A DNA stretch of 64,000 nucleotides, from positions 45,229 to 109,228 of IMG/VR virus record IMGVR_UViG_3300023210_000015. One strand, given 5' to 3'. The translations under genes and the position numbers were made by a program. The notes beneath the pieces are model-generated. The model saw nothing but the letters and a program-made list of their open reading frames with translations. It was not told the DNA's origin and searched no databases. Shown in pieces: positions 55,362 to 64,000 of the stretch (position 1 is the stretch's first letter; each line of letters starts with the position of its first letter). Source of the stretch: a virus.

Positions 55362-55924
55362 TGTATATAATCTCAAATACATCTCGTGGAATTTTGACCA
55401 TTTCAGATATGGGAGTAGAAATACCAGCAAATCAAGCCAGAGATTTAGATAAACTTGGTTTGAGTATGAAGCCGGAAGATTCTAGAGATTTGGAAATAGC
55501 AAGAAAAGCTGGTAAAATTAAGATAGTTAAAAGCGATCATAAGCCTAAAAAGGTAAAAAAAGTTAAAGAGAAAACAATTGTTAAAGAGATAGACGAGTTG
55601 AATCACGAGAAGATAGCTGCTATGGTATTTGAAAAGATAAAAGGACATTTACCAAATCAGCAACCTGCGGCTGTAAACCAAGATCAAGAAGTGATGATGC
55701 AAATGCTTAAACAACTGTTGAGCAGAGGGGGTGGCGGCTCTGGTGCCGAATTGGATGCTTTTGCAGAAGAAAATAATGTTGATCCAAAGTTATTGAGAGA
55801 GATTCACAAGAAAACTGTAAACAATATGGTTAAAGGAGCGGAAGTTTCTATAGAGTATGAAAAAGAGAATCAGCAAGATACATCGGTGGTTAATAATGCT
55901 GATGAATTGGAAGATATGATATAA
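55361..55924 (+). CDS. hypothetical protein upstream of the actin-like gene (possible adaptor)
   Basis: Operon position; small N-terminal domain similar to that of 32145..33566. Confidence 0.55.
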   Translation: MYIISNTSRGILTISDMGVEIPANQARDLDKLGLSMKPEDSRDLEIARKAGKIKIVKSDHKPKKVKKVKEKTIVKEIDELNHEKIAAMVFEKIKGHLPNQQPAAVNQDQEVMMQMLKQLLSRGGGGSGAELDAFAEENNVDPKLLREIHKKTVNNMVKGAEVSIEYEKENQQDTSVVNNADELEDMI

Positions 55925-55959
55925 AGTTTAATCCGATATTATATGCAAGGAGAAAATAA

Positions 55960-57054
55960 ATGAGTAATAAAAGTAGAATAGCTTCGTTAGACCCAGGCAC
56001 AATGTTTTTACAAACGGCAGAATTGCAGGAAGATGGAAGCGTAAGCCTAAAATCTATTCGCAACGCCTTTGTTGAAGTGCAGGCCACCGAAGACATTGAA
56101 GATATATTAAAACAAAATAGTTGGCATTATGTAAAAGATGGCGATCAATACTTTGTTATAGGAGAGGATGCTCTTAAGGTGGCTCGTATGTTCCCTAACA
56201 AGGTCACTCTTCGTCGCCCTATGCAGGACGGTGTTTTGAACAAGGGCGAAGAAAAGAAAATGCTGATTATGGCTGAGTTGATTGACAGCGCTTTGGGTAA
56301 GGCTCCCGACAAAAACTCTGTCGTTTGCACATGTGTTTCTTCTGAATCTGCTGATGAGTCTGCTGATAGTCAATTCCACAGTGCCAGGCTGGAAGGCATG
56401 CTTGAAAGAAATGGTTGGAATGTTAAGGTTATCGAAGAGGGGTTGGGTATTATTCTGTCTGAGCGTCCTGTAGTTATTGACGAAGACGGTAAAGAATATC
56501 CGTATAGTGGTATTGGTATCAGCTTTGGTGCTGGCCGAACGAACTGTGTTTTGGCGTATAAAGGGCTATCTGTTGTTGGGGCATCGGTTGCTAGAAGCGG
56601 CGATTGGATTGATAAGCAAGTTTCTACACAAACCGGCACAGATATCGCTCAAGTCACTGCTAAAAAGGAACGAGAATTAGATTTCGATAACCTAAATTCG
56701 GATGATGATGTCATTTTTGCTTTAGATGTTTATTATACAGCAATGATTAAATATGTTATAGGCATTATAGCTAAAAAATTCATGAAAGTACGAAGTGAAT
56801 TTGATGCCCCATTAGATATAGTTGTGGCTGGCGGCACCAGTATGCCAAAAGGGTTTTGTAATAAGTTGAAAAAAGTTATAAGTGATTTAACTTTGCCATT
56901 CGAAATTAAAGATGTGAAACGTGCGTCTGAACCTAGAAACGCAGTTGTGAAAGGCTGTTTGACACAAGCCATCGCAACACAGAAGAAATTAGTGAAAAAT
57001 AAAGGAAAAGCCGCCCCAAAGGTTGAAAAAGAAGAAGTAGAAGAAGAGATATAA
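55960..57054 (+). CDS. actin-like ATPase (volactin/MamK-like)
   Basis: Phosphate-1 SLDPGT, RRPM.DG, phosphate-2 ISFGAGRTN, GDWID, adenosine motif VAGGTS, VVKG. Confidence 0.85.
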   Translation: MSNKSRIASLDPGTMFLQTAELQEDGSVSLKSIRNAFVEVQATEDIEDILKQNSWHYVKDGDQYFVIGEDALKVARMFPNKVTLRRPMQDGVLNKGEEKKMLIMAELIDSALGKAPDKNSVVCTCVSSESADESADSQFHSARLEGMLERNGWNVKVIEEGLGIILSERPVVIDEDGKEYPYSGIGISFGAGRTNCVLAYKGLSVVGASVARSGDWIDKQVSTQTGTDIAQVTAKKERELDFDNLNSDDDVIFALDVYYTAMIKYVIGIIAKKFMKVRSEFDAPLDIVVAGGTSMPKGFCNKLKKVISDLTLPFEIKDVKRASEPRNAVVKGCLTQAIATQKKLVKNKGKAAPKVEKEEVEEEI

Positions 57055-57118
57055 CCTTCGGACGAGGGTTAGATGCACCAATACCGAATTCGGCTTTTAA
57101 CGCAGGAGAATAAATCGA

Positions 57119-57844
57119 ATGGGATATTCGAACATAACCCTTATAACAAATATTTTAGCGAACACGCTAACTAGTGCTTCTCCTTTAAATTTGAATCAGC
57201 CAACTGATTTGATGAATATAGGTCGCACTTTAGATTTCAATGTTTTAGACACTGACACTATCAACCAATATATAAAATGGGCTGATGAAGAAATAAACTC
57301 CGCTGTTAGCGAGTTATACGTAACTCCGTTATGTATGAAATCTGATTTTGAAACTACACTTCTTTCTGATATTAATGACTACAATGATTTTGTCATAACT
57401 ACGGATTCGTGTCCTTTTTATGTAGGCGATGTAATCATGTTGATAAACGGGGCTATTGAGGAACGTCACATTATCGCAGAGATACTAGACTCAGAAGAAA
57501 GCAACGTTTTTAGAACAGTGGACCCAATTTCTTATGAGTTCCCTGCCTCTAGCACAAGAGTCATAAGGATAAAATATCCTGAGCCAATTGCTCTCGTATC
57601 TGCTCGTTGGGCCGCTGCTAATGTCTACGAAAAGTATTTTATGGCAGAAGCATCTCCTTCTCAGTCAGACTATGGAAAATGGTTACGAGGTTTAGCAAAA
57701 GCTGATATCAATAATATATTGAATGGTAGAACTATTCTTCATGGACAACACAGAATAGGGCGAAGATTCTATAACCCAACACTTGTTGACCAATACGGGT
57801 TGCCTCAAGAAAAAGGCAAAACGGATATGGAGATCGGTGAATAA
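57119..57844 (+). CDS. head-tail adaptor-like protein with an inserted beta domain
   Basis: I..YI..ADEEINS....LY.TPL...P.PI..VSA..AA..VY pattern (Mu gp36/DUF1320-like). Confidence 0.6.
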   Translation: MGYSNITLITNILANTLTSASPLNLNQPTDLMNIGRTLDFNVLDTDTINQYIKWADEEINSAVSELYVTPLCMKSDFETTLLSDINDYNDFVITTDSCPFYVGDVIMLINGAIEERHIIAEILDSEESNVFRTVDPISYEFPASSTRVIRIKYPEPIALVSARWAAANVYEKYFMAEASPSQSDYGKWLRGLAKADINNILNGRTILHGQHRIGRRFYNPTLVDQYGLPQEKGKTDMEIGE

Positions 57845-58188
57845 TGATAGAAGTTCCTAATATCAAAAAAGTTGAAAAATCTTTCAAAGCCTTGAATGGT
57901 GCATTTAAGAAAATAGTTGCCCTTAAAGGTAAAGATATTGTCAAAGAGGTTAAAAAAACTCCGAAGAAAGAAGGTACTCCATTAAGCCCTAATAATGGGA
58001 TGGGGCAACCAAGAGAAGCTTTATATGAAGCGGTTTATAAGGGACAAATACAACCCACTGCGGCCAATTTGTCTAACGCTAAAAAAGCCAAGTCTGAAAT
58101 GACACCTATGGAGCTTACTAGCGAAGAAGAAGCGATAGTGGATAGGTACATTAGAGATTTAATGAACAATTTATTTAAGGACGTTTAA
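57844..58188 (+). CDS. hypothetical protein (neck region)
   Basis: Coupled ORF in the structural operon. Confidence 0.5.
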   Translation: MIEVPNIKKVEKSFKALNGAFKKIVALKGKDIVKEVKKTPKKEGTPLSPNNGMGQPREALYEAVYKGQIQPTAANLSNAKKAKSEMTPMELTSEEEAIVDRYIRDLMNNLFKDV

Positions 58189-58191
58189 AAT

Positions 58192-59100
58192 ATGGCTGGT
58201 GCTATAGAAATTATGAATAGCGTTCGCAGTATCGCTAACCGTTGGATTAATACACAACAACCCCTAACGGTAGATGCTTTTGCTGGTGATACCACTATAA
58301 CTATTCGTAACACCAATAGATTCCAAGTAGGTGATGAAATCATGATTCGTGATCCTATCAATGGTGGCGAAATCAATAATGTCATTGCCGAAATCGTAGA
58401 TGATACAAATGTTAGATTAACAGAAGAGTTGATTTCTAATTGGACAGTAGCACAGAGCGCAACATTGCAAAAGATTTTTGATGGTCAAATGCTACAAGGT
58501 GTGTACATGGGAGAGCCAGATAATATTCCTATGTATCCTGCTATAACAGTACATATGCCAACCAGAGAATCGGAATGGTTAACTATTGATAGCACAAAAG
58601 AAGTTTATCGTGCAGAAATTTCCATTTATACGAAAGCCGCAGCACAAGAAAAAGGATATAGAAATCACATAAGAATAGCCGAGACAATGATTTATGGTCT
58701 TAAGAAAAACATTTATCCACTTGTTTCTCCTTATCGTACATCGTTGGCTATCGCAGATATAGCCCCAGGTGATGTATTTATTAAGGTTGCAGATACAAGT
58801 AATTTTGTTTTGCCTTCTAGGGTCATTATCGAGGATGAGTGGAAGCAAGCTGAAATAATTTTGAATGAGATCGTAGACGCTAATACCATTAAGGTTAGAC
58901 AGCCGCCGGGTTGTACTTTTTTGGTTTCTGATAATACACAAATTATCAACACAGATAGATTTATTTTTAACTCTTGGCCTGAATCCGTCACTTACGGAGA
59001 AGTGTACAAGGGATCGTTGTTGAAATCTGCAAAAATTAGTTGGTTCGCTTGGGAGGAACTCATTTGGAGAATCCCACCACGCGAAACACAACTTCACTAA
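58192..59100 (+). CDS. tail completion/terminator-like structural protein
   Basis: VY.GEP..IP.YPAITV motif; two inserted repeats (D...GD..I.+.+T..F); position before the tube. Confidence 0.5.
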   Translation: MAGAIEIMNSVRSIANRWINTQQPLTVDAFAGDTTITIRNTNRFQVGDEIMIRDPINGGEINNVIAEIVDDTNVRLTEELISNWTVAQSATLQKIFDGQMLQGVYMGEPDNIPMYPAITVHMPTRESEWLTIDSTKEVYRAEISIYTKAAAQEKGYRNHIRIAETMIYGLKKNIYPLVSPYRTSLAIADIAPGDVFIKVADTSNFVLPSRVIIEDEWKQAEIILNEIVDANTIKVRQPPGCTFLVSDNTQIINTDRFIFNSWPESVTYGEVYKGSLLKSAKISWFAWEELIWRIPPRETQLH

Positions 59101-59126
59101 GAGAGATAAGAGAAAAGGAGAATTTG

Positions 59127-60329
59127 ATGAATATTTTGACAGTAAGTGCCTGTCCATTTCTATTGACGAAAACAGGGAAAATGAATTCAGATGTTTTGAG
59201 GTCTTTGAAAGAAGACGGTCACGAGATAAATAGCGCTGTGTGGCATTTGGATACTACATGGTTTGTGCCGGAAGAAGATGGCACATATACATACGAATAT
59301 ATGGAAAAGAATGTTTGTACTCTTTATCCTATTTCTAAGGCACCGGTTGATAGAGCAACTACACAGGTCTATGAGATTGTGAAAAAAGTTAAACCAGAAA
59401 TAGTTGTTTTCATAGGTGATTACACTGATGCAGCGCCACTATATGCCATAAGATCGCTGGAACCAGATTCTTTTAAGTTGTTTGCTGTCTTGGCTATAGA
59501 CGCCCTGCCTATAAACGACAAGTTCCACGATTTGTTTAATTGTGTTGATATCGCTGTTTCTACCACGAAGGAAGCCTGCGAAGAAATAAAAAGAATATCG
59601 AATTCTGAATGCGAATATCTTCCATATGGTGCTGATCATAATGTATTTAAACCCAAAAAAACCGCTCCACGAAATTCGTTTAAGATAATGAATTGCTCTA
59701 AAAACTCTCAAGCTTCGAGTACAGCCGCTTTTATTTATGCCATGGGAGAGCTTGAAAAAAATAGAAAAGGAGATTTTTTGGGATATTTGCACACTAATTT
59801 TTCTGGCATAGGAGATTATGATATAGATTTGTTGAAAAAGAGACTTAAGGCAGATAATTTAGAACTGCCAGTTGATTTTGTTTCCTTAAATGATGGTGTA
59901 TCTGGAGACAAGCTAAATGAACTATACAACGATTCTGACATAATATTGGATGTTTCGGTGCGTTCTTCTACTGGGTTGTGTGTTCTTGAGGGTATAGCTA
60001 CTGGGTGCATCCCATTAGTGACTAAAGTGGGGGCTTTAAGGGAGATAGTAGAGCTTATTTCTGATTCAGATGAACATTTTGTAGATAGTGTAACTTATGT
60101 TGGAGAAAATGAGGAGGAATACGAGGTAGCAAATTGGAATAGTATTGTAGATAGAATTTTATATTTTGAAAAGATGAAGAAGGAAAGACCCATAGAATTT
60201 GGGAAGAAAATAGTAGAAATACAAGATATAGCATCTCATTTTTCTAGAGAAAAATTTGTTGATGGTATTAGAAAAAATTTAGAGGAAATAGGTTCAAAAA
60301 ATAGAACTATATCTGTAGAAGTAATTTAA
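59127..60329 (+). CDS. GT-B glycosyltransferase (GT4-like, divergent)
   Basis: TKTGK, LPYGAD...F.P, LNELYN.SDI.L..S...GL.VLE..A.G.IP; AAGGAG RBS. Confidence 0.75.
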   Translation: MNILTVSACPFLLTKTGKMNSDVLRSLKEDGHEINSAVWHLDTTWFVPEEDGTYTYEYMEKNVCTLYPISKAPVDRATTQVYEIVKKVKPEIVVFIGDYTDAAPLYAIRSLEPDSFKLFAVLAIDALPINDKFHDLFNCVDIAVSTTKEACEEIKRISNSECEYLPYGADHNVFKPKKTAPRNSFKIMNCSKNSQASSTAAFIYAMGELEKNRKGDFLGYLHTNFSGIGDYDIDLLKKRLKADNLELPVDFVSLNDGVSGDKLNELYNDSDIILDVSVRSSTGLCVLEGIATGCIPLVTKVGALREIVELISDSDEHFVDSVTYVGENEEEYEVANWNSIVDRILYFEKMKKERPIEFGKKIVEIQDIASHFSREKFVDGIRKNLEEIGSKNRTISVEVI

Positions 60330-60428
60330 GGAATAATTTTGCGTAAAATGAAGGATTTTTAGAGGTACGTAGGAAATACATTAATATACGCAATTGTTTT
60401 AATATATTTAAGACATGGGAGAACAATA

Positions 60429-60809
60429 ATGGCTGTTATTTCTGGTACAGATTATTTGAATATATCTAACGACTTGGCTTCGGCTAAGGATACCACTGTA
60501 AGTGCGAAGGACGATCTTTTTATCGCTGTGTATAGAGTAGTTATGCTGCAAGTTATACTTCCAGAAGTAGACTTGTTAAGTGAGTTTTGGGATACGTATC
60601 TAGTTAATTCTCAGATTCTATCCGCTTCTACTCTGTTTCTTGGTGCTGTTTCTGCTTTACAAGAACACGTACTTAGGAGAAGCACGAACCTGTCTGTTGA
60701 CGAGTATTTGTGGAATAATGTTTGGCCTTCACTGGTCGATCCTACATTCCAAACATTGTCAGCAGATGCGGGCTTTACCATTAGCGATATGTACGTTGAT
60801 TTACCATAA
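60429..60809 (+). CDS. probable virion protein; paralog of the gene upstream of terL
   Basis: Promoter-like box and RBS; position directly before the tail tube gene. Confidence 0.55.
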   Translation: MAVISGTDYLNISNDLASAKDTTVSAKDDLFIAVYRVVMLQVILPEVDLLSEFWDTYLVNSQILSASTLFLGAVSALQEHVLRRSTNLSVDEYLWNNVWPSLVDPTFQTLSADAGFTISDMYVDLP

Positions 60810-60830
60810 TATTAATAAAAGGAGTCGATA

Positions 60831-61766
60831 ATGGCGATACCACCTGCATATATGGGTTACGTCGGTTTTGTAAGAATTAATACCTTTGGTATTAGGTGTA
60901 CTTCTTGCGAATTGAAACTGACACAAACTATCGATAAGCCAGACGTTATATCTGGCAAGTACGATAAAACAGTTTACAAATTGGGGCCAAAGGAAGTTGG
61001 CGGCACAATCGGTTTCCCCGCTGTCATGGAAGCGGTTGGCGGTGCTGCTGCATCCACTGATCTGATACCTGTACTGTGGGATTTGGCATTCACGCGCTCC
61101 AATAACGGTTACTTAACTAAGTTTTATACTGAAGTTAAATACACAAGCGATTATGCAACCTTCCTGTTCAACGAATGTGTAATCAATACCTTTAAATGGT
61201 CAGTTACACAAGGTGATTTGATCAATGTCGAAATCGATGTTATAGGTCGTAATCGTGAAGCTGCATCTGCAACTGAGCCGTTCTACACCAATAGAAATGC
61301 TAGAGCTATGACTTGGAATGATGCGAGAGTCGATATCTATGATAAGAATTCTCAATTAATGATTGATGGTTCATGGATTAGAAGTTTCGAGGCAAACGTT
61401 AATAATAACGTTGATCGTTTCTACACTTTAAATGGCACTCTTGCTCCTCAAGATATCGCTCCCAAGTTGAGAGATATCACCGGTTCGATTGTGATTATGG
61501 GTAGACACCCAACTCTAGCTGAATTGGCCGTAACAAACCAGACACGTTGTTATGAAGATTCTAAAATACACTTTGGTTATTTCGTCGCTGGCACATGTAA
61601 TGCTAATTTCGGAATCAAATTACCAGGTACTGTATTTGAAATCGAAACAATGAGTCTAAGAAATGATCTTATGGAAAGCACAATGAACTGGCATTCTCTA
61701 CCTGGCAGCAAATTTACTGCTACTGGTGGACCAGATGCCGTCAACTTTGTTGAAGATTTTGTGTAA
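60831..61766 (+). CDS. major tail tube protein
   Basis: AAGGAG RBS; beta-rich two-repeat pattern (IRSFE..VNNN...FY, RDITGSI); followed by a terminator, chaperone and tape measure. Confidence 0.75.
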   Translation: MAIPPAYMGYVGFVRINTFGIRCTSCELKLTQTIDKPDVISGKYDKTVYKLGPKEVGGTIGFPAVMEAVGGAAASTDLIPVLWDLAFTRSNNGYLTKFYTEVKYTSDYATFLFNECVINTFKWSVTQGDLINVEIDVIGRNREAASATEPFYTNRNARAMTWNDARVDIYDKNSQLMIDGSWIRSFEANVNNNVDRFYTLNGTLAPQDIAPKLRDITGSIVIMGRHPTLAELAVTNQTRCYEDSKIHFGYFVAGTCNANFGIKLPGTVFEIETMSLRNDLMESTMNWHSLPGSKFTATGGPDAVNFVEDFV

Positions 61767-61793
61767 TATTCTTTTCTCTATATGCTTTTGACG

Positions 61794-61830
61794 ATAACAG
61801 AATAGCGAGACATCGCTATTCTGTTATTTT
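61794..61830 (+). terminator. intrinsic terminator after the tail tube gene
   Basis: ATAACAGAATAGCGA-gaca-TCGCTATTCTGTTAT followed by TTT. Confidence 0.85.
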
Positions 61831-61885
61831 ATTATCAAAAAAATCCGATATTAATTATAGAAATTAGGCATATGGGAGAAAGCAA

Positions 61886-62323
61886 ATGTCACTATTACAA
61901 AAACAAGAACAACTTTTTAAGATCGTGTTGTACTACATCGAAAAAAAAATAGATGGCGGTGTGTGCCATGTTATTTTAGATGACAAAAAAGCAGAAAAAA
62001 TGTTGGGCGATGAAAAACAGAAAGATAAAGTATCCACTTTAAATACCTATTGGAAGGGTCTTTCTTGGCAAGAGAGCAACAACATCGCTAATGCTTCAAC
62101 AAAACACGGTGTAGATGTTCTTCCAGGTGAGATTGACCCATATAGGGCAAGAGATTTGCGTGTTAAAAGTCTTTTGAAAAAATGGGATATAAAAGATGAT
62201 GATGGCAAAGACGTTCCTGTGACTTCTGAAAACATTAACAGGTTGCCGGTGGCAATTGTTTTGGCTTTATTAATTAAATATGATGAAACAACCGTTTTAA
62301 CTGATGAAGAACTAAAAAACTAA
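61886..62323 (+). CDS. tail assembly chaperone (G-like)
   Basis: Between tube and tape measure; LKKWDIKDDDG..VPVT.ENI.RLP; ends at A-AAA-AAC. Confidence 0.75.
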   Translation: MSLLQKQEQLFKIVLYYIEKKIDGGVCHVILDDKKAEKMLGDEKQKDKVSTLNTYWKGLSWQESNNIANASTKHGVDVLPGEIDPYRARDLRVKSLLKKWDIKDDDGKDVPVTSENINRLPVAIVLALLIKYDETTVLTDEELKN

Positions 62324-62559
62324 TTGATGCGGCGGTTGATTTCTTCAATTACGATGAGAAGAAACCGTCGCAGGGAGAATTGCCTAAAGAATTCGTAGAG
62401 TATTTAATTGTCAAAGATACAAAGTGGCCATTAGAATACGTGAGAAATTTATCTGTAAAAGATTATACGATATTTGCTGTTCTTGCCCGTGTTACACAAA
62501 AGATAGATGTTGTAAAAGATGAGATGAAAATCATGGGAGCAGCTAAAGCTGTTTTTTAA
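62314..62559 (+). CDS. -1 frameshift extension of the tail chaperone (GT-like)
   Basis: Slippery heptamer A AAA AAC at 62314-62320; the -1 frame is open for about 80 codons (KKLIDAAVDFF...KWPLEYVRNLS...KAVF*). Confidence 0.8.
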   Translation, partial: KKLIDAAVDFFNYDEKKPSQGELPKEFVEYLIVKDTKWPLEYVRNLSVKDYTIFAVLARVTQKIDVVKDEMKIMGAAKAVF

Positions 62560-62574
62560 CAAAGGAGATAAACA

Positions 62575-62985
62575 ATGAAAGGCTTATTTTTAAGCGAAAA
62601 AGACATAGCAGTAGTTACCGTTTATTTGGCTAACGGCAAAAAAGAAAAAGAACAACTTTGGGTTTCTAATAACAAAAAGGAACTCGCTAAAAATAAAGAA
62701 GTTGACGAAGGGACGATAGAAGAACACTCTATCACATTTAGAAAACCAGCATATGGTGATATCGTTAATATATACAAAATGGATGTCCAAGTTACAGGTG
62801 ATGAAATTAATTCTGTTGATTTAGATTTAATTACTTTAAGGTACAACCAATTTGCACAACTCGCTGTTGATTGGACGTTTACGGATGATGACGGTGAACC
62901 TGTCGCATTAACGCCGTTAAATATACGAAAATTACACCCGCAATTGGCTAATCTAATTGTCGGAGAGTTGGAAAATTTGATTTAA
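62575..62985 (+). CDS. second tail-chaperone-like paralog
   Basis: VDWTFTDDDGEPVALTPLNIRKLHP is similar to 61886..62323; AAGGAG RBS. Confidence 0.6.
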   Translation: MKGLFLSEKDIAVVTVYLANGKKEKEQLWVSNNKKELAKNKEVDEGTIEEHSITFRKPAYGDIVNIYKMDVQVTGDEINSVDLDLITLRYNQFAQLAVDWTFTDDDGEPVALTPLNIRKLHPQLANLIVGELENLI

Positions 62986-63008
62986 TACAGTTAATATAAT
63001 AAGTTATA

Positions 63009-63040
63009 AGAGGAAATATCTGTTGCTTATGGAATTATAA
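63009..63040 (+). promoter_or_regulatory. AGGA-N17-GAAT (SigH-like) promoter; representative of about 13 copies
   Basis: AGGAaatatctgttgcttatgGAATtata. Related boxes at 5901, 10457, 18220, 29403, 35819, 40986, 41456, 43403, 50293, 52248, 52728, 60352. Confidence 0.65.
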
Positions 63041-63073
63041 ACAGTGTATTTCCTTTTTTATTGAGACAAAAAT

Positions 63074-64000
63074 ATGGCAGACCCAGACAGTAAAACTATA
63101 GTAATCAATTTGATGGCTGATTCTTCTGGATTCGCTAAAGTCCAAGCGTCTTCCAAGGACATGGCGGCTAATCTTGATAAGATTAATGACAAAACGGATA
63201 CTTGGGGTAGAAAATTAAAAACCCTTAACCGTGGTGTAGTCGATGTTAAGAACACTTTTACTCAAGTATACGGCCAATTAGAAAAAATTGGCGGTATAAT
63301 GACGACCACATTTGGCATCGGTAATTCTGTTAAACAAGTATTAGCATATGAACAAAGTATTGTTAGTCTTTCCGCACAGATGAATAAATATGGTGTTTCT
63401 GTTACGCAGGCGGAAGCTGCTGTCGTTTCTTTGGGCAAAAATCTTGCTATGACTAGAGAAGAATCTGTTAAGCTATTTTCTTCTTTCGAAAAAGGATTGC
63501 CATATGCGTCATTAAAAGCAACAGAAAAGATATTAGAGAACATACGTGGTGCTGTCGGTTCTAATCTGGATGCGATGCAACAGATGGGCGGTGTTGTGAT
63601 GCAATTGGCCAGTACGTATCCTTCACTTCAAAAATCGATAGAGGATATGGGGGAAGTTGATAAAGAGCGTTTATCTAATATAATTAGTATGGAGTTGGCT
63701 TCTGGTCGTATGCAACTTGCACAAGCAAAGGCTTTGAGAGACTATGTGGCACAAAATAAACAATTAAGCAAATCAGATAAGGATGCTCTAGATAAGAAAA
63801 AAGAGATGATAGCGGACGCACAGGAGTTGAAGAAAACATTTGAAGAAATAGGATTAGCAATTGGTAAAGAAATAATTCCATGGTTACAAAAATTTTCCAA
63901 ATTCTTAACAGAAAATAGAGATAGTTTAGCGAAGTTTGCAAGTATTCTTACTAAGGTTATTATACCTGCGTTGGCGGTACAAGCGGGTGGTCGTATTTTG
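63074..64000 (+). CDS. tape measure protein (5' part; runs off the window)
   Basis: Open frame from MADPDSKTIVINLMADSSG to the window end; Ala/Leu/Lys-rich helical; ends with LAIGKEIIPWL. Confidence 0.8.
   Translation, partial: MADPDSKTIVINLMADSSGFAKVQASSKDMAANLDKINDKTDTWGRKLKTLNRGVVDVKNTFTQVYGQLEKIGGIMTTTFGIGNSVKQVLAYEQSIVSLSAQMNKYGVSVTQAEAAVVSLGKNLAMTREESVKLFSSFEKGLPYASLKATEKILENIRGAVGSNLDAMQQMGGVVMQLASTYPSLQKSIEDMGEVDKERLSNIISMELASGRMQLAQAKALRDYVAQNKQLSKSDKDALDKKKEMIADAQELKKTFEEIGLAIGKEIIPWLQKFSKFLTENRDSLAKFASILTKVIIPALAVQAGGRIL

Noticed and set aside
57052-57100. tRNA or terminator after the actin gene
   Set aside because: Only a short hairpin without a U-tract; no cloverleaf.
1-64000. 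Stop-codon reassignment (TAG or TGA read as sense)
   Set aside because: Long genes are intact in the standard code and coding density is high. Reading through the TAG at 13905 does not join the next ORF.

Overview
The window is the virion-morphogenesis region of a large, AT-rich (about 35% GC, by eye) tailed dsDNA phage. Almost all genes are on the + strand and read in the standard genetic code. Gene order: terminase large subunit; about 12 kb of unknown or accessory genes (2H phosphoesterase, two cyclic-phosphate-type receiver domains, DUF192, WYL); intein-containing portal with a C-terminal DUF559-like nuclease; giant intein-containing prohead protease/scaffold; decoration protein; HK97-fold major capsid protein (MCP); homing endonuclease; a GC-rich chimeric surface protein; glycosyltransferases; a neck protein; a LAGLIDADG-methyltransferase fusion; small ORFs; ArdC/PcfJ/KTSC cargo-like genes; a pilin-like gene; a structured non-coding region of about 450 nt; a volactin-like actin; then head-tail, tube, chaperone and tape-measure genes. 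Most notable: (1) a proteome-wide peptide grammar (N-terminal MNWY, FNLxKxA and recurring K-x-A-Q/S) that marks head proteins and unrelated cargo domains, suggesting a capsid-targeting and protease-processing system; (2) copies of the MCP N-terminal helix in two small ORFs; (3) a candidate large structured ncRNA; (4) two -1 frameshift sites; (5) a nested scaffold start inside the protease gene; (6) two recurring promoter classes (SigH-like and sigma28-like). All family assignments come from motif recognition by eye; no database searches were run.
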